This document shows, piece after piece, positions 11,412 through 21,057 of a stretch of DNA of 64,000 nucleotides (position 1 is the stretch's first letter; each line of letters begins with the position of its first letter). The stretch is from a bacterium BMS3Abin11. GTDB taxonomy: Bacteria; Pseudomonadota; Gammaproteobacteria; BMS3Bbin11. The translations under genes and the position numbers were made by a program. Where the stretch lies: the NCBI GenBank assembly GCA_002897635.1, contig BDTD01000007.1, positions 16,907 to 80,906 of the forward strand. The letters run 5' to 3'. Under the pieces are notes generated by a model that saw only the letters and a list, made by a program, of their open reading frames with translations, ran no database searches and was not told where the DNA came from.

Positions 11412-11606
11412 TTAACGCGTATTTATCCTTTTTTCCCTCTCTGTAACCCGGTCCAATATTTCCAGTCTGCGCGATGAACTCGTTTCACCCCATTCAAGTA
11501 TCTCCTGCAAGCTCCGAAAACAACCCCTGCAGATATCGTCGTCGTTGAGACGGCAGTTGTCTATACAGAGGGATGTTACCAGGGACTCGTTTCTTTGCTG
11601 CATCAC
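11412..11606 (-). CDS. DUF1289 domain-containing small protein (Fe-S/Zn-binding, YdhL-like)
   Basis: CIDNCRLNDDDICRGCFRSLQEILEW matches the CxxxC...CxGCxRxxxEIxxW signature. A 4 bp overlap with the upstream aminotransferase suggests co-transcription. Confidence 0.5.
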   Translation of the reverse strand: MMQQRNESLVTSLCIDNCRLNDDDICRGCFRSLQEILEWGETSSSRRLEILDRVTEREKRINTR

Positions 11607-12766
11607 TGGTTATCATTGATCCATCTCTGTATACGCCTCATTCCCTCCTGCAGGTTTTCAATAGCGTTGGCATAAGAGAATCGAACATACCTGTTGCTTT
11701 CATAGGAACCAAAATCAGCTCCTGGTGTAATGGCCACACCCGCCTGATGCAAAAGCGTGCCGCATAAGGCCATTGAATCATCACTGATTTCACTACAGTC
11801 TGCATAGATGTAAAAAGCACCTGTCGGTTTAGTTCTGACTTTAAACCCCGCCGCCTCAATCAGCGGCAGTAGCATGTCTCTGCGTTTATGAAAAACATCA
11901 CGGCGCCGGGTCAGTTCTTCTTTAGCCTCCTGCCCTAAGGCAGCCAGTGCGGCATATTGGGATAGGGTTGGTGCAGCGAGATACATATTCTGCGCCAGAC
12001 GATTTGCTGCTTCGATGAATTCGTCCGGAACCACCAGCCAGCCAACTCGCCAACCGGTCATACCGTAGTATTTCGAAAAGCTGTTGATAACAAACACCTG
12101 ATCTCCAGTATTCAATGCACTATTGGGCTTCTCACCGTAAACCAGCCCGTGATAAATCTCGTCAACGACCAGAGCCACCCCTTTCTCCTGTAGCAGATGA
12201 TAGATATAAGACAGTTGTTCGTTTGAGATTATGGTGCCGGTCGGGTTTGAAGGACTGGCTATCAGAACCACTTTGGTATTCTTCTGCCAGTGTTTCTCGA
12301 CCAGCTCAGCTGTCAGTTGATAATCTGTTGATTCGTCAACGGCGACAGATTGAACTTCTGCATTAAACAGGCTGGCAATGTGACGATTACAGGGATAACC
12401 TGGATCAGCCAGCATGATGCCGTCGCCGCTGTTTAACAGCATTGCCATCACCAGTTGCAGGGCGCCGGATGAACCGGGTGTGACCAGTATCCTGGCCGCA
12501 TCCAGATTCGAACAAAGATCATACTGGTCTGCAATAGCCTGCCTCAGTTCCGGTAAGCCGTTTGCAGCCGTATAGTGGGTTAATTTATCGTCCAGCGCCC
12601 GCTTCCCTGCTTCAATTACCGATTCGGGTGATGGGAAATCCGGCTCACCGATTTCCATATGGATGATTGAGCGGCCCTGAGCTTCCAGTTCCCGCGCCTG
12701 TGCCAGGATTCTCATCACATGGAAGGGCTCTATCGCCTCGGCCCTTGCAGCCAACCTGATGGACAT
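11603..12766 (-). CDS. Class I/II aminotransferase (aspartate/aromatic family)
   Basis: PLP-dependent fold type I: HMEIGEPDFP, SFSKYYGMTGWRVGW (PLP Lys). Confidence 0.8.
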   Translation of the reverse strand: MSIRLAARAEAIEPFHVMRILAQARELEAQGRSIIHMEIGEPDFPSPESVIEAGKRALDDKLTHYTAANGLPELRQAIADQYDLCSNLDAARILVTPGSSGALQLVMAMLLNSGDGIMLADPGYPCNRHIASLFNAEVQSVAVDESTDYQLTAELVEKHWQKNTKVVLIASPSNPTGTIISNEQLSYIYHLLQEKGVALVVDEIYHGLVYGEKPNSALNTGDQVFVINSFSKYYGMTGWRVGWLVVPDEFIEAANRLAQNMYLAAPTLSQYAALAALGQEAKEELTRRRDVFHKRRDMLLPLIEAAGFKVRTKPTGAFYIYADCSEISDDSMALCGTLLHQAGVAITPGADFGSYESNRYVRFSYANAIENLQEGMRRIQRWINDNQ

Positions 12767-13528
12767 TCAACCGTACCTTTCAATCAGGTATTCAACGGTC
12801 AGCATTTGCCCGTTAAATGAGCCATCAGGGTCGCTTATCACGTTTGCTGCGTCATTTTCATCACCAAGCTGATCAAGTACAAGGTCTGCGTCAATAAACG
12901 ACTCATCGCGCGTGTAGGCAGTCACTGTGATGATTGTCGGCAGGGCCGCGGCTCTGGCAGACAGGCAACCATTCTCGGAATCCTCAAAAGCGATGCATTC
13001 ATCTGCCTGCCAGCCCATTTCATCCAGCACCAGCTGGTAGATCTCGGCTGATGGCTTCTTGTTCTCGACGATATCCCCGGCGGCAATGATGTCGAACCAG
13101 CCCAGGGATTCATCACCCAGGTTACTGCTCAGTATATATTGTACATTCGAAGGCGCGGTTGTTGTCGCAATAGCTAAATGGATCCCCGCCTGGCGCGCTT
13201 CTTTGAATAGCCTCTCAACACCGTTGCGTAAAGGTATCAGGCCGGTTAGTAGCATATCCTTGAATATCTGCGTCTTGCTACTGTAGACCCTGGAGATTAG
13301 CGTATCTAATATCGTGTCAGCGGGGATATCAGGTTGATAATTATCAACAAAATATTTCATTCGCTCTTTGCCGCCACTAACGGTGAGTAGTTCGCCATAA
13401 GTGACCTCAGTCCAGTGCCAGCCTATTCCTAACTGCTCGAATGCCCTGTTATAGGCAACACGATGGCCATTTAGCTCAGTATCGGCTAAAGTTCCATCCA
13501 CATCAAAAATCAATGCTTTAAGTGACAT
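12767..13528 (-). CDS. cbbY: HAD-superfamily phosphatase, CbbY-like (xylulose-1,5-bisphosphate phosphatase family)
   Basis: LIFDVDGTLADTE catalytic motif together with the GHRVAYNRAF region characteristic of CbbY proteins from autotrophs. Confidence 0.65.
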   Translation of the reverse strand: MSLKALIFDVDGTLADTELNGHRVAYNRAFEQLGIGWHWTEVTYGELLTVSGGKERMKYFVDNYQPDIPADTILDTLISRVYSSKTQIFKDMLLTGLIPLRNGVERLFKEARQAGIHLAIATTTAPSNVQYILSSNLGDESLGWFDIIAAGDIVENKKPSAEIYQLVLDEMGWQADECIAFEDSENGCLSARAAALPTIITVTAYTRDESFIDADLVLDQLGDENDAANVISDPDGSFNGQMLTVEYLIERYG

Positions 13529-13637
13529 ATTAATTTAATTTTCCGTTTATCAGGAAATCCTTGTTGCAACGCACCATATAAATCTGTTATAGATGCGCGT
13601 CGTTAAAATTTCAACGGATTATGGCAGGAGACACTAC

Positions 13638-14081
13638 ATGCCGGCCAGCAAAAAAACTGACCAGAAAGATACACTGATTCACGGGATCGAACCCTACGTT
13701 GCAAAAAAACGTGAGGAGTACATGAACCCTAAACAGCACGATCATTTTCGCGATATTCTGACCGCCTGGCGGCAGGAATTACTGGATGAAGTATCACGCA
13801 CGGTGCTCTCAATGCAGGATGAAACTGAAAATCACCCTGACCCGAATGATCGTGCCAGCCAGGAGACAGACATCTCGCTGGAACTGCGTAGCCGTGATCG
13901 CGAGCGCAAACTGATCAAGAAGATTGATGAATCGCTGGATTTCATCGAAACCTCAGACTACGGTTACTGCGATTCCTGCGGTGTAGAGATTGGCATCCAG
14001 CGCCTGGAAGCACGTCCCACGGCCACCATGTGTATTGACTGCAAAACCCTGGATGAAATTCGCGAAAAACAACGCGCTTGA
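13638..14081 (+). CDS. dksA: RNA polymerase-binding transcription factor DksA
   Basis: Coiled-coil region with C-terminal C4 zinc finger CDSCGVEI...CIDCK. The track ORF starts at 13593, but the Met at 13638 (MPASKKT...) gives the canonical roughly 147 aa length. Confidence 0.9.
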   Translation: MPASKKTDQKDTLIHGIEPYVAKKREEYMNPKQHDHFRDILTAWRQELLDEVSRTVLSMQDETENHPDPNDRASQETDISLELRSRDRERKLIKKIDESLDFIETSDYGYCDSCGVEIGIQRLEARPTATMCIDCKTLDEIREKQRA

Positions 14082-14518
14082 TCGCTAGATAGAAGTTCAC
14101 GAACACCAAGCCATTCAAACCGGTATAGTTTTTTCATAATCTCCATTTCCAGACCATCTGGCCTGCTTTATTTCGCTACATTGCAAAACCTTCCTATACG
14201 CGAGAGCGCATAGAACTGCGTGATGGTGATAATTTTGGGTTCTCCCCTGGCGGCAACGTCCTGTTAAAGTGGTGCGCAGAAACTGGCAAACAAATCCCGC
14301 TAAGTGCCGCTATCGCCGTATCTGTACTCTACTGGCTCGATGTACGCATTCCTGAATTTTTAAGATCGATGGTGAAAGACGAAAGATCGAAGATAAATGA
14401 TGAAGGATGAAAGAGAAGAATCTGTAAGAATCAGCATATAATCTGACAGAATTGGCCATTGAATTAGAACTCAACCGATATGGCAACGGATGGCTATTAT
14501 CGGCCCAGCTGGAGGAAA

Positions 14519-14785
14519 TTATTCTTTTGCCCAGTTTTCATTCCTACGTAACGGGAGATCGGGTTGCTTGTTAAGAAACCCATTCTGCTCAATGAGCGCC
14601 ATCATGGTCTCATCTGAATCAGTCATAACGAAGACGGGACTTTGGTACATAGGACGTCGTATGAATTTAATGTGCCAGCCAAATGCCGTCATACGATGGT
14701 ATGTAAATAGTTGTGCTTCGTTCAAATACCCCAGCGGGTCATCGGGTATCGGCTTCACCCCTTTTCGTTTTTCTTCCTGTTCCAT
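14519..14785 (-). CDS. Hypothetical protein (88 aa)
   Basis: ORF only, in an AT-rich region poor in annotation. Confidence 0.3.
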   Translation of the reverse strand: MEQEEKRKGVKPIPDDPLGYLNEAQLFTYHRMTAFGWHIKFIRRPMYQSPVFVMTDSDETMMALIEQNGFLNKQPDLPLRRNENWAKE

Positions 14786-15283
14786 CAGCCAGTATATCTC
14801 TATGATTCAATTGAGGTGTTGTTCTTAATAATAGAGATCTGATTAATACACCCAATAAAAATAAATGTAAATGATATTTATCAAGGTAGTCTGAAATTCA
14901 GCAACGGATCCAGACTGTGTGAAAACTCTGAATCAGAATTATCGGTGGAGAATTCCAGCCAGTTTATCTTCAAATTAGCGTAAATTTTGGATGATCTATC
15001 TATTGTTGAAGTACAAAAAATTCGGTTAAATTCTAACAAAAGAATAAATAAATAAAAATACCATGCTTTCTCCTGATTTGGTTTTCAGGGAGAGCATCAC
15101 GGAAGTATAATTACGATGATAGGGGGCGGTTGATTTTGCGCTTACGATAAAGTGAACTCCAATGCTACGAGCAATATGTAAAGATAACTGACCTTGCTAT
15201 GATTGGATATTGGCAGTTCAGCGACGAAAGGCAGATATTTCCATACTGCCTGGAAGTCAGGGGGGTTGGCCTTTTAAAAAAAA

Positions 15284-15475
15284 TTAATTCATGTGCGAGT
15301 ATTCAGAATACAGCCGTTCCAGGGTTTTCTGGTCGTACATGGAATCACTACCAAGAACCTTCACCATTGTATCGTATGTTGCCTGATGTTCTTTATCCAT
15401 AAAAACTGATTTTTGAGCATCATCTTCTTTTTCCAGCCATTTCACAGTCAGAAAGGAATAAATTGATGTTTTCAT
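15284..15475 (-). CDS. Hypothetical small protein (63 aa)
   Basis: ORF only. Confidence 0.2.
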   Translation of the reverse strand: MKTSIYSFLTVKWLEKEDDAQKSVFMDKEHQATYDTMVKVLGSDSMYDQKTLERLYSEYSHMN

Positions 15476-15714
15476 TCTCAGCGCTCCTGGGAATTTTACA
15501 TATTAATGTTTCAATTCGGACACTACTAATACGACCTTAGCAATCACTCGTTACAATTGTATGACAGGGATATAAAAAGATTTCTCTATGTTACGAGTTG
15601 GTCTAGATCTTGTCTGTGTCAATTATCATTCAGGCAATAAAAAACCCACCGAAGCGGGTTTAGTAGAAGCTATGAGATTTCTTTCTACAATATAAATTAC
15701 TCTGTATTTGAAAT

Positions 15715-16848
15715 TCAGTCTGCCTTCAATTTTGATGGTTTTGGTGTATTTAGATAAACATAAATGACCATTATGCTCGCTATTATTGCGCTTATACCCA
15801 GATCATTCAGCCTATTACGCGATACAGCAATAACAACGAGTAGTAAAATCAATAAAAGTGTATTTCGTCGTAATGGCCAACGTTCACTGCTGGTCTGGGC
15901 CTGTTGTGCGATAAGCAACACCGGTAACAGGTATAGTGTAATGCTCACTCCAAAGAGCAGTGTAATATCAGGGATGGTCAGATTGCCTACGATATTTTGT
16001 CTTAGTGCCGAGGCGAATAGCGCTAAGCCGATAAATATGAACAAATGACCATAAATAATAAGATGAGCCGCGCCCAGCTCCCGATTTATGACAACACGCT
16101 CAAGCACTTCAAAATAGTGCCACCAGACTGCAGCAAGACTGATAAAGCCAAGCAAGGCAATCGTTAATACACTCACTGTCATATCTTGAGGGTTAAGTGC
16201 ACTGGTTAAACTTGCAACAGATTCACCGAGCAGGATGAGAATTAATAAACCAAATCGTTCTGGCAAGTGGTGTTTGTGAACGCTGGTTATTTTAAGCAGT
16301 GGCCGGCAACGAAATGTGGTCATAAAATCAACCAGTAAGCCTGCAGCCCAGAAGGCGTACATCCATGCCGTCGGTAAAAACGCAGAGATCAGCCACAGTG
16401 ATGCGCCGACACTAAACCCGGCGGCAAGACAGGAAGTAACCGGACGCACTTCTTTATTTGAGAAATAGACACGTAAATACATCACCACCAGCAGAGCACG
16501 TATGGCAGCATAACTGAGGGCGAACATCTTGCCTTCACCATAAAAGGCATCCTTGATATAAACTGACATCAGGGTCACCAGAAACATTTGTCCAAGGGTC
16601 AGCAGACGGTCGGCCACGCCGTCATCATAGAACCGTGTTGCATACAGTGCGTGGCCCGTCCATGCCCACCACACTGGAACAAACAGGGCAATAAACACTA
16701 TAAATTCTGTCAGCCCCAAATGACCATCATGCCCATGAGTCACCAGGTGCGCCAGCTTTGCGATAACCACCACATAAATAAGATCGTAAAACAGCTCCAG
16801 CCAACTGACCTTGTGTTTATCCATGGCGGATTGCAATATCTTTTTCAT
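15715..16848 (-). CDS. Low-temperature-requirement A (LtrA) family integral membrane protein
   Basis: WLELFYDLIYVVVI ... ERFGLLILILLGESV motifs and about 10 TM segments typical of the LtrA family. Confidence 0.65.
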   Translation of the reverse strand: MKKILQSAMDKHKVSWLELFYDLIYVVVIAKLAHLVTHGHDGHLGLTEFIVFIALFVPVWWAWTGHALYATRFYDDGVADRLLTLGQMFLVTLMSVYIKDAFYGEGKMFALSYAAIRALLVVMYLRVYFSNKEVRPVTSCLAAGFSVGASLWLISAFLPTAWMYAFWAAGLLVDFMTTFRCRPLLKITSVHKHHLPERFGLLILILLGESVASLTSALNPQDMTVSVLTIALLGFISLAAVWWHYFEVLERVVINRELGAAHLIIYGHLFIFIGLALFASALRQNIVGNLTIPDITLLFGVSITLYLLPVLLIAQQAQTSSERWPLRRNTLLLILLLVVIAVSRNRLNDLGISAIIASIMVIYVYLNTPKPSKLKAD

Positions 16849-16933
16849 TTATGAGTGTTTCTACAAACCTTGTTTGCCGGATGCTCCTCGCCTGGAATAA
16901 ATCCGGAGTCGGATCATAATCAGATAAAATTTA

Positions 16934-17587
16934 TTATTTGCTTTTGAACCCGGCGGCAACATGGCTGCCATCACAAAAAGGCTTGTTCTCAGAAGCACCA
17001 CATCGGCATAACGCTACTTCTGCTCCCTGCCAGGCAACCCGACCACTACCGCTTTTGATTGTAATATTACCGGATAACAACAGAGGGCCATCTTCCAGTG
17101 GGGTGATTTTTAATTTCCCGCCTTTCTTTGTGAGGCCTTCACCCTTCTCACCAACCGCACCGTAATCCCTGAAGCCAATTGCCTCGTGGCTGTTATCACA
17201 GAACGGTTTATTTTTTGAGTGCCCGCAGCGGCACAACGCAACTCTGAACACAACCCCTTTCATGTCATCGGCTGAGCCTTCAATATCAAGTTCACCTCGA
17301 ACAAAATAAGGGCCGTTATAGCTGACAACTACACTATTTTCCTGATCCGGACTCTCTTTAACCGTTTTCTCGTTGCTTTCATAGGTCAATGCACCACTTG
17401 GGCATCGTTCCACGACATCAATCACATCTTCTAAAGTAACAAGATCAGGTTGACACCAGGGCTGACGCCCAGTAACGAACAACTCACCTTTTGCTTGTCC
17501 ACATTCCGCGACATGAATACAGAGGCGTCCATCCCATTCGACATTAATTTTTGTTCCGGGAAAGGTATATTTTTCATTTTCACTCAT
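16934..17587 (-). CDS. CDGSH iron-sulfur domain protein with two CDGSH 2Fe-2S motifs and an N-terminal Cys-rich region
   Basis: CRCGHSKNKPFCDNSH and CRCGASENKPFCDGSH motifs. Confidence 0.85.
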   Translation of the reverse strand: MSENEKYTFPGTKINVEWDGRLCIHVAECGQAKGELFVTGRQPWCQPDLVTLEDVIDVVERCPSGALTYESNEKTVKESPDQENSVVVSYNGPYFVRGELDIEGSADDMKGVVFRVALCRCGHSKNKPFCDNSHEAIGFRDYGAVGEKGEGLTKKGGKLKITPLEDGPLLLSGNITIKSGSGRVAWQGAEVALCRCGASENKPFCDGSHVAAGFKSK

Positions 17588-17606
17588 GTTCTACTTCTCC
17601 TTATTC

Positions 17607-17873
17607 AAGGGAACCTCTGATCAATTATGCCATGCCTCTGCGAGACCTGAAGCGTGCAGCTACAAAGCGTGCTTCGCAGCGAATGGCCCGGTCCTTTGCA
17701 AGAAGCACAATACCGTAGATGTGCGCTTCAGGCCTCGCCCTGCGGGGCTTACTGTCTGATTCACACTCTGCGTTGTCACTTTTCACCAGGCCCAGGCATG
17801 CCTTCAAAGTTCCGCCTTGATTGTGAATCAGACTGTAAGCCAGAGGTATGGCATAATTGATCAGAGGTTCCCA
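17607..17873. repeat. Repeat family 1, variant copy A: 267 bp element with AAGGGAACCTCTGATCAATT terminal inverted repeats and a nested-palindrome interior unrelated to the family-1 core
   Basis: Terminal inverted repeats match family-1 copies at 25024 and 43509. Internal inverted pairs: ATGCCATGCCTCTG/CAGAGGTATGGCAT and GAGACCTGAAGCG/GCGCTTCAGGCCTC. Confidence 0.7.
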
Positions 17874-17920
17874 AGGTATTTATTTATAACATCTCCAGTA
17901 TATGCTCCTGAAGTAAATCA

Positions 17921-18610
17921 CTATGGTAAATCAAACATCATTGCAACACTGTTCCTGGTAGCAGTAAACTCAACAATATCAACTTCTTTTAGAGTAATAC
18001 CATCACCTTCGTTCAATTGATCACCATTCACGCTGATGACACCAGAAACAATATGCACATATATCGTTCGCCCTGATCCAGGTGAATGTGAAGTGGATCG
18101 ATCCGCTTTCAAATGCATCTGATAGAGACAGGCATCCTGATGGATCAGGAAGGAGCCATCACGGGCATCGGGAGAAGCTATCAATTGCAGGCCTTCCCGG
18201 GTTTCAAACTGTTTTTGCTGGTAGCCGGGTTCGATACCCAGCACATTGGGCTGAATCCAGATTTGTAAAAACTCCAGTGGTTCGGTGCTTGAGGGATTAT
18301 ATTCACTGTGGGTAACACCTGTCCCTGCACTCATGAGCTGGAATTGACCCGCGTGTAATCTTACAATATGACCCATGCTGTCCTTATGTTCAATGGTTCC
18401 TTTTTTAACGTAACTGATAATCTCCATATCCTCGTGTGAGTGTGTCGCAAAACCCTTGCCGGGCGTAACCCTGTCATCATTGATTACGCGTAATACTGAG
18501 ATCCCCATGTGTTTGGGATCGTAATAATTCGCAAATGAAAATGTGTGACGAGTCTTTAACCAGCCGTGGTCAGCCGATCCACGCTCAACGTTGTGTCGAA
18601 TATCAATCAT
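17921..18610 (-). CDS. Pirin family protein (quercetin 2,3-dioxygenase-like bicupin)
   Basis: HPHRGFETVTY-type cupin motifs (HGWLKTRHTFSF, HSHEDMEIISYV). Start moved to the internal Met MIDIRH; the track ORF runs to 18643. Confidence 0.85.
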   Translation of the reverse strand: MIDIRHNVERGSADHGWLKTRHTFSFANYYDPKHMGISVLRVINDDRVTPGKGFATHSHEDMEIISYVKKGTIEHKDSMGHIVRLHAGQFQLMSAGTGVTHSEYNPSSTEPLEFLQIWIQPNVLGIEPGYQQKQFETREGLQLIASPDARDGSFLIHQDACLYQMHLKADRSTSHSPGSGRTIYVHIVSGVISVNGDQLNEGDGITLKEVDIVEFTATRNSVAMMFDLP

Positions 18611-18634
18611 GGTAGTCCTCCAGGTTGTATTGTT

Positions 18635-18676
18635 TAAGGGCACCTCTATTCATGAATTAATAGAGGTACCCTTAAA
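18635..18676. repeat. Solo family-1 palindrome: two terminal inverted repeats abutting, with no interior (TTAAGGGCACCTCTATTCATGAATTAATAGAGGTACCCTTAA)
   Basis: Same terminal inverted repeat as the family-1 elements. Located in the pirin / LysR divergent promoter region. Confidence 0.7.
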
Positions 18677-18755
18677 CTATGATCCAGCATATCTCTTCAT
18701 TAAGAGTAAATAAATATGCTATAAAGATACTATTTGTTTCTTATTAGTTGACAAT

Positions 18756-19682
18756 ATGGATCGATTAAAGAATATGGCCCTCTTTGTAGAGGTGGTGAAC
18801 GAGGGCAGTTTCACGGCTGCAGCAGAGAAAGCAAGCCTGTCTCGCGCGCAGGTCAGTAAATCGATCATGCAGCTGGAAGAACATCTCGGTACACGTTTAC
18901 TTAACCGGACTACCCGTCGGATCAGCCTGACAGAAATTGGACACATATACTATGAACGCTGCATAGCCATTTTGCACGACATAGAAAAGATTGAAGAGCT
19001 TGCAGGGGAACAGACAAGTAAACCGCAAGGTACGCTGACCTTAAATGCACCAACCTCATTTGGTGTCCTGCATTTAAGCGAGGTGATTCCACGCTATATT
19101 AAACAGCACCCTGAAGTGCAGGTATCACTGAAACTCTCGGATCGCTTTATTGATGTAGTTGCAGAAGGCTTTGATCTCGGCATCAGAATTGCAGAACTCG
19201 AAGACACGAGTCTTATCGCGCGTAAAATTGCACCCTGCAAACGTGTATTTTGTGCCTCCCCCGAATATCTAAAACAAAAGAGTATTCCCAAAGTTCCAAA
19301 AGATCTGGTAAATCATGATTGCCTGATTTACTCGAATGAGCTGAAATCCGATAGCTGGAAACTGCATGGACCAGAGGGTATTAATTCCATCAAGGTCAAT
19401 GGTCCTGTGTGTGCGGATAACGGTGATATTCTGAAAGCTGCCGCTGTTTCAGGGCTTGGTATTACATTACTTCCCACATTCATTGTGGGCCCTGACATTT
19501 GTGCAGGACGACTGCAACAAGTTCTGCCAGACTATTGTCCCCCTGAAATATCTATCTATACCATTTTTCCTTCACATCGTTATCTGCCGGCAAAAGTAAG
19601 GACTTTTGTTGATTTTCTTTCGGATTACTTTGGTGATAACCCGAACTGGGATCAGTTTAGTAAAAAAAATGTTGCTGATTAG
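18756..19682 (+). CDS. LysR-family transcriptional regulator
   Basis: N-terminal helix-turn-helix MDRLKNMALFVEVVNEGSFTAAAEKASLSRAQVSKSI with a LysR substrate-binding domain. Divergent from the pirin gene. Confidence 0.9.
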   Translation: MDRLKNMALFVEVVNEGSFTAAAEKASLSRAQVSKSIMQLEEHLGTRLLNRTTRRISLTEIGHIYYERCIAILHDIEKIEELAGEQTSKPQGTLTLNAPTSFGVLHLSEVIPRYIKQHPEVQVSLKLSDRFIDVVAEGFDLGIRIAELEDTSLIARKIAPCKRVFCASPEYLKQKSIPKVPKDLVNHDCLIYSNELKSDSWKLHGPEGINSIKVNGPVCADNGDILKAAAVSGLGITLLPTFIVGPDICAGRLQQVLPDYCPPEISIYTIFPSHRYLPAKVRTFVDFLSDYFGDNPNWDQFSKKNVAD

Positions 19683-19742
19683 CGACCACATTACAGGGGG
19701 TGTAGAATTTTATTTTCAAAATAGGAGTTTTCTACAGCCTCG

Positions 19743-20093
19743 TCAGGCTTTGTTGCGGATTTTGGTTATTTTCTCAATATATTCAACGCCCCATTCTTGA
19801 AGTGTTTTAAGTATCGGGGTAAGAGTCAGTCCAAAATTTGTCAAGGAATATTCCACTTTTGGTGGAATCTCCTGAAATATTTTTCTATTTATAACTTGGT
19901 CAGCCTCCAGTTCTCTGAGCTGTTTTGTTAACATTCTTTGTGTAATACCAGGAATAAGGCGTTTCAGCTCATTAAAACGCCGGGTATCATTTTTCAAATG
20001 ATAAAGAATTATTCCTTTCCATTTTCCACCTATTACCGCTAATGCTGCTTCTACAGGACATCCAAAACTGCAGCCTGGTCTTTCATCACTCAT
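19743..20093 (-). CDS. HxlR-family winged-helix transcriptional regulator
   Basis: CPVEAALAVIGGKWKGIILYHL...RMLTKQLRELE signature. Confidence 0.85.
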   Translation of the reverse strand: MSDERPGCSFGCPVEAALAVIGGKWKGIILYHLKNDTRRFNELKRLIPGITQRMLTKQLRELEADQVINRKIFQEIPPKVEYSLTNFGLTLTPILKTLQEWGVEYIEKITKIRNKA

Positions 20094-20215
20094 GATTTAA
20101 TTCTCTCTTAACAGTATACATTTTGTGCCTACGTTACAAAAATGTGCGTTCTTACATGATTCGCACTTATGGCATATTATCAGGCTTCCTCATTAACTTT
20201 GCTTTGGAGACAGGT

Positions 20216-20824
20216 ATGGATACAAAAGATACAATCAAGAGTCGTCGTGCCATTAAAGAATTTAACAGTGAACATGTAATGACGGATGAAGAAGAAAAGG
20301 AATTGTTATCACTGGCTATGTTATCGCCGACGGCATTCAATATACAACACTGGAGGTTTGTGGTTGTAAAGGATAATGCGTTAAGAGAACAAATAAAAGA
20401 GGCTGCCTGGGGCCAGGCACAGGTAACGGATAGCTCCTTGTTCATTATCATGTGTGCGGATCTAAAAGCATGGGAAAAGAATCCTGCTCGATATTGGGTT
20501 AACGCGCCAAATGAGGTTCAGGATTTTGTGCTCCCTGCTATTGATGCTTATTATAGAGGGAAAGACCAGGTTCAAAGGGATGAGACGATGAGATCCTGTG
20601 GCATTGCCGCTCAAACCTTAATGCTTGCCGCAAAAGAAATGGGCTATGATTCCTGTCCCATGGATGGTTTTGATTTTGAGAAGGTTGCGCAACTTATTGC
20701 TCTTCCCGATGATCATGTAATAACGATGTTTGTTGCCATCGGTAAAGCCGCGAATGATGTATGGCCAAGAGCCGGCCAGCTTGACATGAAGGAAGTTGTA
20801 ATACGAGACGGATTTAAAAAATAG
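20216..20824 (+). CDS. Nitroreductase family protein (FMN-dependent)
   Basis: RRAIKEFNSEHV...FNIQHWRFVVV nitroreductase motifs. Start moved to MDTKD at 20216, preceded by GGAGACAGGT; the track ORF starts at 20123. Divergent from the HxlR gene. Confidence 0.85.
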   Translation: MDTKDTIKSRRAIKEFNSEHVMTDEEEKELLSLAMLSPTAFNIQHWRFVVVKDNALREQIKEAAWGQAQVTDSSLFIIMCADLKAWEKNPARYWVNAPNEVQDFVLPAIDAYYRGKDQVQRDETMRSCGIAAQTLMLAAKEMGYDSCPMDGFDFEKVAQLIALPDDHVITMFVAIGKAANDVWPRAGQLDMKEVVIRDGFKK

Positions 20825-21057
20825 CCCTAACAGGCTTTTTATTCTTTTCAGTAGAATGTGTTGTTGGTAATCATCGCAAATCTTCAATAAACTCAGGCCG
20901 AGAAAGCATGAGTATAAGAAGGATAAACGCCCTTTTTTCCAACGTCCAGGAGGTAGTTTACGGGTACTGGACAGCCATTCACCCTGCTATCGCCACAAAA
21001 AAACTTGCCGAATTGTGCACCACGTCCTATGCGGTAGATGGACTTACGTTCCTGACC

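Noticed and set aside
18635-18676. The 19 bp perfect inverted repeat in the pirin / LysR spacer as the LysR operator
   Set aside because: The sequence is identical to the family-1 terminal inverted repeats found at eight other unrelated loci. It is therefore a solo repeat element, not a locus-specific T-N11-A LysR box, although it may still affect this promoter.
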